Below are positions 12,532 through 23,903 of a stretch of 51,904 nucleotides of DNA, in pieces. Every line of letters starts with the position of its first letter. Positions within the stretch are counted from its first letter, which is position 1. Under the pieces are notes generated by a model, which worked only from the letters and a program-made list of their open reading frames with translations, did not search any database and was not told the DNA's origin. The position numbers and the translations under genes were made by a program. The DNA is from Reclinomonas americana ATCC 50394 (lineage: Eukaryota): contig PS015451.1 in NCBI GenBank assembly GCA_048213135.1, positions 8,443 to 60,346 of the forward strand, read 5' to 3'.

Positions 12532-12784
12532 TGAGGGAGAGTGTGTGAAAGAGACTCAACTTCTGCAGCTCTGGAGGGGTCACTGGTCGATCGTGTGAGG
12601 GAGGATCCACACATGCGCGTGCGCCTCCCTCGTCAGGTGCAACAGCGCGACCGGCCTGTGTGTGCACAATGAGCATACAGAGACAAGAAGAAGAGTGAGA
12701 GACAGAGAGAGAGAGAGACGCAACAAAGGGCAGGTGCGGGGTGGCATCAACAGGCGCGTGCTTGCGACCGTGCGGACGATGCAT
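10535..12784 (-). CDS. EFHB: EF-hand domain family member B-like (FAP21-type ciliary microtubule inner protein)
   Basis: Motifs LYRRTHGSYAPGEQRQRGYDW, FGVPTIRTD, SVADVSNYGGE and EEDFVQP are typical of EFHB. Multi-exon; an assembly gap lies within an intron. Confidence 0.8.
12287..12479. other. Assembly gap flanked by (GA)n
   Basis: N run. Confidence 1.
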
Positions 12785-12942
12785 TCTTCACACAAAGAGG
12801 CACAGAGAGAGAGGCAGAGAGAGAGAGACTAAAGAACGCTCACTAAGAACGTGCTCAACGGCGATGGACAGACGATGCCGCGCTCGCTCTGTCCGTATCT
12901 GTCTCACTTACACTTGGTCTCGATCGTAGACGCTGGCACAGA
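12785..12942. promoter_or_regulatory. Probable bidirectional promoter between EFHB-like and RPS4
   Basis: Only 158 nt separate the divergent ATGs; pyrimidine-rich leader before the RPS4 ATG. Confidence 0.5.
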
Positions 12943-14737
12943 ATGGTTTGTTGTTCTCCACTCCTTCCGCAGCAGCAGCAGTGCGAGACTATGTGTGTGT
13001 AGTGCGTCGTGCGTCGTGTGCTTTGTGCAAGAGGAAGAGTGAGAGGTGTTCTCCCAAGTGTGTGTTGTGCATGTCATGCATGACCTCCGTGCCTCGCCGC
13101 GCTTCACACCGCCTGCTCTCCACGATGCACTGCGTGTGTGTGTCTTGTGTGTGGCGTGTTTGCGTGTGTGTGTGAGAAAGTGTGGGCGGCAGCGAGGAGA
13201 CAAAAGAGTGCGAGTGTGTGTGTTACATGTGCGGTCATCACGCACATGTTGCACCGCCGGCGCGCGTACTTTGCTTCCCCGCCTTCACTCCGCTCACTGT
13301 GTGTCGTAATGCTCTATGCTCGTGTGGCCTCTGCGTGTGCGTATCTGTCTTGATGTTCAGTATCCTTCATGATGACTGCACACTCGCACGCTCGTCCATC
13401 TCTGTGCCTCTCTCCTTCCCACGCACGCATCTCGTAAGCACATGCTAGTGTCATTGTGTGCAATCAAAACCTCTGTTGTGCACTCGTGCTTGTTGTGTGT
13501 GGAGTGGGCATGTGCGGTGGCGATGTCGGCACTCACTCTTGCGCGCGCGCACGCACCACAGGCTCGTGGCCCGAAGAAGCACTTGAAGCGGCTGCACGCT
13601 CCCAAGCACTGGATGCTGGACAAGCTCGGCGGCGTGTGGGTTCGTTATTTCGGATGCACACAGCAATCATCATGAATAGGCGTGATGCTCACCACACGTC
13701 TCGTGGCACAGGCTCCCCGCCCGTCGTGCGGTCCGCACAAGCTGCGCGAGTCGATCCCTCTGATCGTGCTCCTCCGCAACCGCCTGAAGTACGCTCTGAA
13801 CAACAACGAGGCGCAGAAGATTGTCAGCACCCGCAACGTGTTGGTTGACGGCAAGGTCCGCACCGACAAGACCTTCCCGGCTGGCTTCATGGACGTGATC
13901 TCCATCCCCGCCACTGGCGACGTCTTCCGAGTCCTCTTCGACTCGAAGGGCCGCTTCCTCTTCCACCGCATTGACGAGAAGGAGTCGACGGTGAGTGTGA
14001 GAGGAGATGGGATGAGAAGAAGTGTGTGTGTTTCTTAGGAGGGGGCTGTGCACGTGATGAACCAGCGGAATATGGACTAGAGTTTCCGAGTCATACGGTG
14101 ACGAGAAATTCCTCATGGGCTGATGGGTGCCACAGCAAACACAATCTTTTGCATGTGTGTTGGGAGAGAGACAGTGTGTGTTTGTGTTGTTAATGATGTC
14201 GCAGCACACGTGATGGCGATGCTCACTCTTGTCTTCTTCTTGGTGTCACAGTTCAAGCTCGCCAAGGTCAAGAAGTCGTTCATGGGCACCAAGGCTGTGC
14301 CGACGATTGTGACGCACGATGGCCGCACCATCCGCTTCCCCAACCCCGACATCAAGGTCAACGACACCATCAAGATCGATCTGACCAAGAACGAGATTGT
14401 GGAGCACGTCAAGTGCACCAGCGGCGCTCTGGCCATGGTCACTGGTGAGCGCACGCTCGTGCTGCTCCATTTGCAGTCCCCACCTCTGTTCTCACTCTCT
14501 CTCTCTCTCACAGGCGGTGCCAGCATGGGCCGCGTCGGCGAGTTGTACCACGTCGAGCACCACGATGGTGGCTTCGACATGGCGTACCTGCGCGACAAGC
14601 GCGGGCACCAGTTCTGCACTCGTCTGTCGAACGTGTTTGTGATTGGCAAGGGCCACAGCTCGCTCGTCTCGCTCCCCAAGCAGGCAGGCGTGCGCCTCTC
14701 CATTCTGGAGGAGCAAGCCAAGCGCTACAAGAACTAA
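12943..14737 (+). CDS. RPS4: 40S ribosomal protein S4 (eS4)
   Basis: [42 protein letters not shown]. Five exons; the first coding exon is inferred to be ATG only (12943-12945) followed by GTTTGT, intron to 13561. Confidence 0.97.
14045..14136 (+). ncRNA. Box C/D snoRNA, U52 (SNORD52)/snR78 type, in RPS4 intron 3
   Basis: Box C GTGATGA 14054-14060, D' CCGA 14086-14089, C' GTGACGA 14098-14104, D CTGA 14120-14123, terminal stem GCTGTG-CAC/GTG-C-CACAGC. The D' guide GGACTAGAGT is complementary to the conserved LSU rRNA motif ACUCUAGUCY. Confidence 0.88.
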
Positions 14738-14923
14738 TTCCACATCGCCACGGTGCCAGCCGACCCGATGTTCTGCGGCGATTGCTTACGAACCCATGCC
14801 AGCTCTCCGAACAAGACCTCCCGCAGGATATTAAAAAACCACAAAACACTTGCACATTGCTGCGCTACATTTTTCTTTTTTTAGGGGCTGACCAGAAAGA
14901 GAAAGAAGTGCCTTCCCCTATCG

Positions 14924-15731
14924 CTACCGGTGATCGGTGTGCTTCTTCTGCACCAGACCCGACGCATCGCGCAACCCCAACAGTCTGACCAATGTCGACC
15001 TGCACACACACACGAGGGAAGTGAGCACAGAACCAACAACAGCAAGCAAAGCATCAGCATCAGCACAAACACACGCAACTCAATGTCAGCCACCGCCGCC
15101 GCATTCTCCCGATCGCGTATCCACAGCTGCAACGAATCAAAGCCCTTTCGCACCGACACCACCGCACCACACACTTGATCACTCCACGGGAACTGGTCGC
15201 CGACAATCGCCAGCAACTGCACCCCCGCCACAATAAGCACACACACACACGGACACAGCGTGAGAGAGACGAGAGAACTTACCAAATCCTCCCAGTACTT
15301 GGTCACAAAGCCCTTGCGGACCTTGATCATCCAGTGCGCTCCGCCAGCGTTGGCCTCGTCCTCCCACAGCGGCTTGATGCCGTTCTTGAACATGGACAGG
15401 AAGCTGCCAGTCGGCAAGTCACCTGTGGTAACACGAGTGAGAGGGAGGGAGAGAGAGGTCATGTGTGTGTGTGTGCAAGTGTGTGTGCAAGAGTGTGCTT
15501 ATGTGTGCTCATGTGTGCATTGAGAGACGGACCTGGTCTGGTGAGGTACGAGTAGGCCACCCAGAACTCCTCGACCGTGTTGACGCGGCACACCTCGGTG
15601 AGCTCCTCGCCAAACGAGCCATGCCCAGCAGAGGAGGACTCTGACTCGAAGCGACTGGCGCCTGCGCCGGCCTCGTACCGCGTGAACCAGAACGACAGCG
15701 GAGAGGCGAGGGAGTGTGATACGTCGGTCAT
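14924..15731 (-). CDS. EIF4E2: eIF4E family cap-binding protein, class II (4EHP-like)
   Basis: LSFWF, VEEFWVAYSYLTRPGDL, FKNGIKPLWEDEANAGGAHW, WEDLLLAIVGDQF. Phe occupies both the W43 and W56 positions. Four exons. Confidence 0.85.
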
Positions 15732-15973
15732 TGTGTGTGCGTGAAAGGGAGAAGAGAGTAGGGATGGTGGATCAATGGATTTGCCTTGTTTGCGTTTGTG
15801 TGAGTGGACGGAGAATGTCGCTGGCGTTGGCACTGCGAGGTGCCTGGTTGTGGCTCAAGTTCCTCTTTTGTTGCGTGCATCATCCCCCCCAGCACAACGC
15901 GACTCACATCGAACACACTCTCATCCTCTCCCTCCCTTTCTCGCCCTCTCTTCTCTTCTCTCCAGTGAGCACC

Positions 15974-17085
15974 ATGGTGTACTTTAGCGAACTGTGGTGG
16001 CGACTTCGCGGTTCGCCCAAGAAGGACCGCTTCACCGACGCCGAGGTCGCGCCACTCAAGAACGCCGTCGCCATTGTCACTGGCGGTGAGATGCACACGT
16101 GTGATGATTTTCGAGCGAAAAGTTCTCACACCCTCTCTCCCTTTTCACAGGCAATTGCGGCATTGGACTGGAGACGGCACGCGGGTTGGCGTTGCACGGG
16201 ATGCACGTGATCATCGCGTGCCGCAGTCTGGAGCGCGGTGCCGAGGCGGTGGCCGACATTGTGGGCAGTCTGGCGCCCGAGGCCAAGGATCGCGTCGAGT
16301 GCATGACGCTCGATTTGGTCTCGTTGCGGGGCGTCGAGGACTTTTGCCAGCGAGTGCGCGAGCGTCACCTGCCGCTGCGTGTGCTCGTCTGCAACGCAGG
16401 CATCTTTGCGGCGCCGTTTGGGAGCACGGCCGATGGGTTTGAATCGCATTTTGGGGTGAATCATCTGGGACACTTTGCGCTCGTCACGGGGCTCGCCGAT
16501 GAGCTGGCGCGCAATGCGCCGTCGCGAGTGGTGGTGGTGTCGTCGGATGTGCACGTCGGCGCCAGTGTGTTGCCGCTTGGCACGGCCGACGGTGTTGGTG
16601 AGGACCCACTCAGCGAGGCCGATCAGCTGCGCTACAATTCATCGCTGGCCTACGCCAACTCCAAGTTCTGCAACGTGGTGTTTGCCATCGAGGCCGACCG
16701 TCGACTGCGCGAGCGTGGCATCTACGTCAACTCGCTGCATCCGGGAATGTTGCGTGGCGCGCGCGTCGTGCACGGCGTCTGGAGGATGACGTTGCTGACT
16801 TTTCCTTGGTGCAGTGTGAATAGCAGTGTGATGCGCCACCTGCCGTGGCCGATTCCGCAGCTGTTGCGATTCATCGGCGACTACATTATGAAGAATCTGC
16901 GCGAAGGTGCGGCCACCAGCGTCTACTGCGCGCTGTCGCCCGATCTCGAACGCAGCGGTGGCGGCTACTTCAGCAACTGCAAGCGCGTAAAGTGCATTGC
17001 TCGTGCCACCGATCCCGAGGTCGGTCGCCGTCTGTGGGAGCAGAGTGCGGCACTCGTGGAAAAGGTTCTCGGCAAGCGTCGGTAG
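15974..17085 (+). CDS. Short-chain dehydrogenase/reductase (retinol dehydrogenase/WWOX-like)
   Basis: TGGNCGIG (spliced), NAG, VNHLGHF, YANSK, HPG, GAAT. Two introns. Confidence 0.92.
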
Positions 17086-17169
17086 CAGAGGCACTGGCGG
17101 GAGGGAGAAGGAGGACGCTGAACGCGATAAACATTACATTTCATTTCATTTTTCAAGTACAACACCCGG

Positions 17170-20100
17170 TCACTTTCCGGTGGTTCGCAACCACGGGGAG
17201 CAGAACTGCGCACAGCAGGGTGAGACGAGTGCCACCCCTCTCCTCTCATTCACGACGCACCTGGTTGGAGCAATGCTGGATGCGAATGTTGGAGCCGTAG
17301 CGGTAAAAGATGACCGGCAAGAAGTCACCTGAAGCGCCAGCAGTGAGTCAGCTTCCTTTCTATCTCTCCTCCACCATGCTCCACCAACTCACCGCCAATA
17401 GTGATCTGTGAGTAGCCGCCCACGCTGGAGTTGTTGACCAGGTCTCGATCGAGCTGGCGAATGTCGGCGGTGCTGCAGTCGAACGACGTGCAGCGCGCGA
17501 TGCGTAGCGCCAGCGTCGTCTGATGCTGGTACGAGATAATGGGGTAGCCGGTGGGCAGAATGGTGATGCTGGTGTACTGGCCCGAGATTGTCTCCTGGTC
17601 CACATTGTACAAGTTCGCCGCCGTGCAGTCGACATTCAAACAGGCCGCCACTCGAAGCATGTCATCGGCCTGCCCACCATCACATTGAGCTCCACCTCGC
17701 ACGCACAGAGTATCTACACACACACACGCACCTGGTACGACATGATCGGGTAACCGTTGGCGGCCAGCGTCATGGACAAAAAGTTGCCGGCGTTCAGACC
17801 GCCAAGCCCGTCGACCACCACCTCGTCCCAGTCGACGCAGAACGGATCGAGGCAGTGAATGACGTTGAGGTTGGAGTTGGTGTCATCAAAGAACGCAATA
17901 ATGGGGAAGCCGTCGACACCCACGGCGGTGTTGGTGAACAGGCCAATGTTTTCACCGAAACGCGAGGCCAGCACACGACGCGTCTGCCATTTGCCGTGAG
18001 CGAGGAGAAGAAAAGAGTAGAAAAAAACAGCACAGAGTCCTCCCTCTCTCTCTCTCTCTCCCCTTCTCTCGCTCTCAGTGCGATTGGCGCACGGTTGGAG
18101 TGCGCTGCATTTATGATAGCGTGGTGACAGGAGGTCGGCAAGGAGAAGAAAAGAGTAGAAGATACAGCCAGAGTCCTCGCTCCATTTTTTCACACTTTTC
18201 CCAACACGCAACGCAATCGGTGCTGAAAGGAGGTCGGCGAGAAGAAAAAAAGAGAAGGAAAAATGCAACACAGGGTCCATCCTTTCCTTGTCATTCTCTC
18301 CCTTTCCCAACACGCAATGCAATCAGTACTGAAAGGAAGTCGGCAAGAGTAGAAAAGATGCAGCACAGACTCCTCCTTTCTCCCTACAGCTCCCTCTCCT
18401 TGCCCTCCCTCTCCTCTCCCAACACGCAACAACAATACGACCAATGCACGACAAGAAGGCGGTGCACTTGCGACAGCGTAGTGAAAGGAGGTCCACGAGA
18501 GTAGAAAAAGAGTAGGAAAAGATACAGTACAGAGTCCACCATTTCCTTCTCATTCCCTCTCCTTCCAAACACGCAATGCGATCGGTGCACGGCATGCATG
18601 CGATACACGTTTGACAGCGGCACTTATAGGAGGTCGGCGAGATACAGCACAGACTCTTCCCTCTCCTTCCCCCCTCTCCTTCCCCTCCCTCTCCTTCTCC
18701 CCCCTCTCATCCCTCTCTCCTCCCTCTCCTTTCCCCAACACGCAACGACTGTGCGTCCGGTGCACGGCAGGGTGAGGTCGAGTGGATTGGTGCGCACACA
18801 CATGTTGTAGTGCGCAAACACCAAACTGCTCGACGCCTGATACGCCAAAATCGGGTTGCCGTCCAGCGCCAGTGCACCACTGACGTACTCGGCTCGGTCC
18901 GAGGTCAGCACCGCAAACGGTTCGCGCACCGAGCAGTCGCGCTTCAAGCAGATGAGTGCGCGCACGCTGAACGACGATCCGGCACGGTAGGGGAAGAACA
19001 CCATCGGCAATCCGTTATCACTCAGCATGATCGATGCATCCTGCGCGTGCGTGTGTGTGCCGTGTGCGAGAGGAATGGTGAGACGACATGCGACTGGCTT
19101 GGTGTGGTCGCACTGGCCGACGAACCGCGCCAGCTCGAATGGTGGTGGTGCCTTGCACCAGAATGGAGCGGAGGCGGTCATCGCACACTGCATTCTGGCA
19201 CACATCGAGCTCCAGAGAAATCGTGCCGGTGAGAGGGTTTTCGGCCGCGAAAATGAATACCACACGACTGGGTGACGGCGAGTAAGCACACTGCGAGTCG
19301 CAAACTCTAATCGAGGAGTGGCACTCACCCGTCGGTGCCCGTGGTGGTGCTGATCCAGCGTCCCACATTTAGACCCGGCACGACGACATTATTTAATCCG
19401 TAGCCTGCGGACGAGTGCGTGAGAGAGGAGGAGGGAACAACGATTCGTGCGCGTGTGTGAGCCAGCCGCACTGCTTACCGGGATTGGTCGAAAACGAGCC
19501 GGCCGACACGCCCGCCACGTACAGGTCACCGGCAATGTTGATGTTGCGTTTCATGGTCCACGAGGCCGACGACGCCAGTGTGTTTGTTGCGGAGCGATAT
19601 ATGGAGGGTATGGTGAGAGTTGAACTGGAGGGATCGTCGCCGTTGAGTGCGCCAATGTACACCTTTTTCGAGCCAAGAATCGTCATCGGGCCTTGCAGGA
19701 GAGAAATAAGAAATGTCATCGAGAAGTATGTGGAGAAGCCGCTTACTCCAGACACATACCCACAAAGTAATCGGTTCCGTTGCTGAACAAGGTCACATTC
19801 ACCTGCGCATTTGTTGACACAATATGGTCGGCCGCCATGGTGTTGTTGCGCAGCGGGTCTCTCGTGAGGTCGGCCAGCACACCAAAGCTGTACGTTCCAA
19901 CAGCAAAACTCGCTGCAAGAGGACGCACGTGAGAGACGATCGTACAAAGCAAAGCACACACACTTCATCGCTCACGCACACTTCACGATCAGGTTCGCTC
20001 CGACGCTGAGATCGTGCTGCACCTCGGTTGAATTCACACGCACAGACGACGAAATCGACATGTCCGTTCCGACGTGTGCAAGCGCGCTGGTGTAGACAAC

Positions 20101-21012
20101 TGGCGGTGATAGCACACTGATCTGAAAAACGAGCTTCTTGATCATGCGCAGCTGTCGGACTGTGCGAAAACAAGTAAAAAGGAGAGTACCACACGATCGA
20201 AGACACGTGCGTGCGCACAAACGAGACACACACCATCGGTGAAGCGGGCCGGGAAGAAGACACGAGGACTGCCGTTGAGATTCACAAACATGTTGAAATC
20301 GACCCCCGACGGCACCGCTGAAGTCGTGAGAATGATGCCTTTGTCAAGCGCAGCGGCCGTGGTCGAGTTGCTGGCGATGGTAGTGGGATCGTAGGCAATC
20401 ATCTGGTTGGTAGAAAACTGCATGGACTGCCCCGGATACATGCCCAGTGTGTAGCTAAAGCACGACGTGTCAGTGGACTGCAGTTTTTTCGAGCACACAC
20501 ACACATCAAGAGCGAAGAGACGCACGAATCGCCAGAAGTCATGGCAGCTCCCCGGCGCAACACGAGCACGGCACGATTGGCACTGTTTTCCGCCTTGAGC
20601 GTGACCTTGGCCGTGGCGCCGCCATCCACCGACTTGACTACTGCCGACACATCGTTGACGGAACCTTGACAGTACTAGACGGTGGGGGAGAAGGGAGCAT
20701 CAGAAGCGAGTGAGTCCATTCCTGTTCTCGGAGATACACACTTGCCAGGATACAGACACACACACGCACCATGATCGGCACATTGGTAATCAGGTTGACA
20801 GTGTCGAATGATAACTGCACATTGACACACATAAGTCAGCCTGCAGCTGCCACAAACTGCGGCGAATGACAGCCAATGGACGAACCACCGACTTTCCCGA
20901 ATTGTGCTTGATGGTGAGCACATCAAGATTCGTGTGCCGTATCAGAAACGCAGACGCGGATGAGATTTGCTGCAGTGTTATCATGCCGGTCGTCGCGTAG
21001 CGAAACTGCACA

Positions 21013-21065
<53 letters not shown>

Positions 21066-23793
21066 TCAGGCAGACAATTGTTGAGCACGAGAGTTCGCAT
21101 CGCACGCACCACAAACTTCGCCTCCTTGGCGAATGTGCTGCGGTGCGCGAATGTGACGTTGGCGGGGCCGGGGTCTTGCACCACCAGCGAGTTCATCGCC
21201 AGGTCGACCGAGTTGTCGTACACTGCACAGAGTGTCGGTCACACGCTCACCACGGGGGACGACTCACCAAAAATCATCAACAAACCTCCTTTGCCCTTCT
21301 GAATGAGCAACATTTTGCCGTCCGCCGATGTGGAAATGTAGAAATCTGTAATCGCCGTGTCGTTGCGCAAGGCTGCGCGCGCATCACAGTGGTGGTAAGT
21401 ACTGTCTCACCGTCAACTCACATCGAGCCGCCACGCAACTTGTCACGGTCCACGTATCGTTGCCGGACATCAGCGTCGTCGAGATGGGATGCGCCACAAT
21501 GCCGCTGATTTCAAAAGTGGTCTCCGGCAGCGATCCGTTGGTCGCCGTCGTTGGCAACAGCAGAGTTGCATTGGTGTAGTCGCCGCCATTGAATTGCAGG
21601 GAGAACGCGTCGCAACCGTCGAGATCGTCGGCACTTGCTGCCATCCATGCTGCAGTCTGTGCGTGGGGGGCCGGGATCAGAGGAGAAGCATCCTCAACGA
21701 TTCGGACGACGAGCAAAATCCTCTCACCTCTGCGGCAGTGCAAACACCGGGGTTGTAGAACTTGGCAGACGATTTGACAGTGAATGCTCCATCCCACGAG
21801 TCCGTCGACATTGACCAGGGTCGGAAGGAGACCGACTTGAGTTGCAGACTGAAGAAGCCTTGGTCGATGCCGAGCTGTCATGATGATAAAGAATGTCATT
21901 CGACAGTAGCCACGACAATCGCCATGAGAGACGAGACGCACGTAGCCCTCCTTGTCGGCCACCTTGGCAAACACGTCCTCAAACTCGTCAATAAACTTGT
22001 CGCGTGCGTTCATCAAATGCAGACGAGATCGCGGGTTGGAAACGGAGGCTTGTGAAATGATTCTACGACACAGCATGAGATCGAAAGCATCATGCATGTG
22101 CCCGGCTCGGTCGACGCAACTCAAGGCCGATATCGTTGGTGTTGGAGAGCATGGTGAAGCCGTACGTCACCACCTTGGTCACCGCAAAGTCCGAGTTGGA
22201 GGCCGCATCGCGACTGACCAGCAAATCGCCCAAAAATCGCACTCGCAGATTGTCGATTTCCATGGCCGGTCGCACCGGTGTGGAGAGCACGGTGACTTTG
22301 TTGCGGTCGTTGACAATCGTAATGGGTTCTGCGGAAGAGTGTGAACGGTGAGACTGCATTCGATGGCAACGGCGACAAGGCGGGCGGGTGGGACGTGCCT
22401 GTGCCATTGGCATCTCGTATTGTGAGCTGACGCCGCAGGTGCCAGTTGTCCATGTACATGTCGCCAAGTACGTGCATCGGCGACACTGTTTGCAGTTGCG
22501 GAGGGAATGATTCGCGCACCAAATGGGACGTCGCTGTGGTCGTTGCAGTCGACGCGCGAGTGGAGTTGGTCGACAGCACCAGACTGTGCAAGCACCCACA
22601 TTCAGCGACGAGAAGGCGAGCGGAATGATGACAGCAGCACGGGGTTGACTTACTCGTACGGTTGCTGGTAGTACAACAGGCTGGCCGTGGCCTCGTCCGC
22701 AAACGATTCCAGAGTGGCTGCAAAGTGAGTCAGTCACAATGGCAACATCTTCGCCCATCGTCCTCATCGTCACACGCAGCTGACGTTGCACGTGGGACAC
22801 GCCTGCTTCACCTCGCCCAACATGTCGGCGAGGAACGTGCGCTGAAAGTCGAACTGAATCTCGTGAATGGGCGTGCTCGACAGGCTGGCCATGATCATCG
22901 TCGAGTCGACACCTAGCATTATGGGTCGCGACAAGTCCATGGCGGCGTCTGTGCGGCGTGTCGCCTTGCTGCTGCTGCGCCACGTCGACAGCCCGTGCGT
23001 GGTGGAGTTGATGAGCGGGTACGCCTGCGACATGGTGCGTGAGGGCAGAATGAATGATGTGGCGGCTGACGACGACTTGCATTCTCACCGACGAGCGCAG
23101 CAGAATGAGATTATCGGGGGCCATCACACGCCCGTTGCCCCACGCCACCAGAATGTACGCCGTGGCCATCACGAGCGTGGCAAAGGCAAAGACGAAGAGA
23201 CCGCCAAAGTAGCACATCTTGTCTCTGTGCAAATCAATGAGCGCCAGTCACGCACACAACACCATCACTGCTGCTGGGTGCAAGGGTTCACACGCACTTG
23301 AAGGTACTTGGCATGTCGACATAGGCCACGCCGAGTGTCGTGCGCAGCGGGTCGCCCACGCGCTCGGCTAACTGCGCCGCCACATCGGCTAGCTTGGTCT
23401 GCTTGCGGATCTTGCGTTCCTCTGCGCACCTCTCTCATTCTTCAGCACAGAGCACACACATAACACAGAGAGAGGCAGTGGAGGGCAAGAGTAAGACCTT
23501 TCTCAATGTACGCCGACTGCGGCTCCACAATGTCAAGGAGACGGGCATTGCCGCCGCGAAAAGGCTGCACTCAGATTGATGAATGAATGAATGAATGAAC
23601 CGACTCGCACACGAAGAGTGAGCTCACCTGTGGTGTTTCGCCGAGATTGGTCTTGTACTGCACACGTGGTGTGCGCAGTGTCAACAGCTCTGTGCGCGCG
23701 CGTGTGTGAGAGAGAAGTGACATCCGGACACATTCATCAACACCAACCAAAGTCGTAGCCACTGAAGGAGTCATCTCTGCGTGGTCTCGGCAT
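17170..23793 (-). CDS. Large type II membrane protein with beta-rich stalk and C-terminal Cys-containing 7-bladed beta-propeller
   Basis: Phase-consistent splicing from ATG 23793 (MPRPRRDDSF) to stop 17170-17172. One TM segment near 23210-23140. Seven repeats of S/T-x-x-x-x-x-G-x-P-h-h-x-Y/F...h-x-h-x-x-C-x(3-4)-C between ~19370 and 17190. Confidence 0.75.
17984..18775 (-). repeat. Degenerate tandem units inside intron 18746-17984, each carrying a copy of the donor
   Basis: The donor context (forward CAACACGCAAC/T) recurs near 18203, 18308, 18420 and 18567 besides the true site at 18736-18746. GGAGGTCGGC and CACAGAGTCC blocks also recur. Confidence 0.85.
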
Positions 23794-23903
23794 GAGACAC
23801 GCGCACTCTTACACACGCACACGGTCACGCGCGCGCACACAGAACACAACAAAATGCACAAGAGTTTGGGATGTCATGGTTGTCTATCGGCGCATCAATG
23901 CAT

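Noticed and set aside
13031-13380. U3-like or C/D snoRNA in RPS4 intron 1 (GAGGAAGA, ATGATGA)
   Set aside because: No CTGA box D downstream within the intron.
13523-13561. In-frame ATG giving an N-terminally extended RPS4, or a non-canonical first donor
   Set aside because: ATG|GTTTGT at 12943 gives the conserved MARGPKKH start through a normal GT-AG intron.
21940-22062. DEFEDVFAKVADKEGY looked like a nested EF-hand gene
   Set aside because: It splices in phase with the flanking exons of the type II membrane gene.
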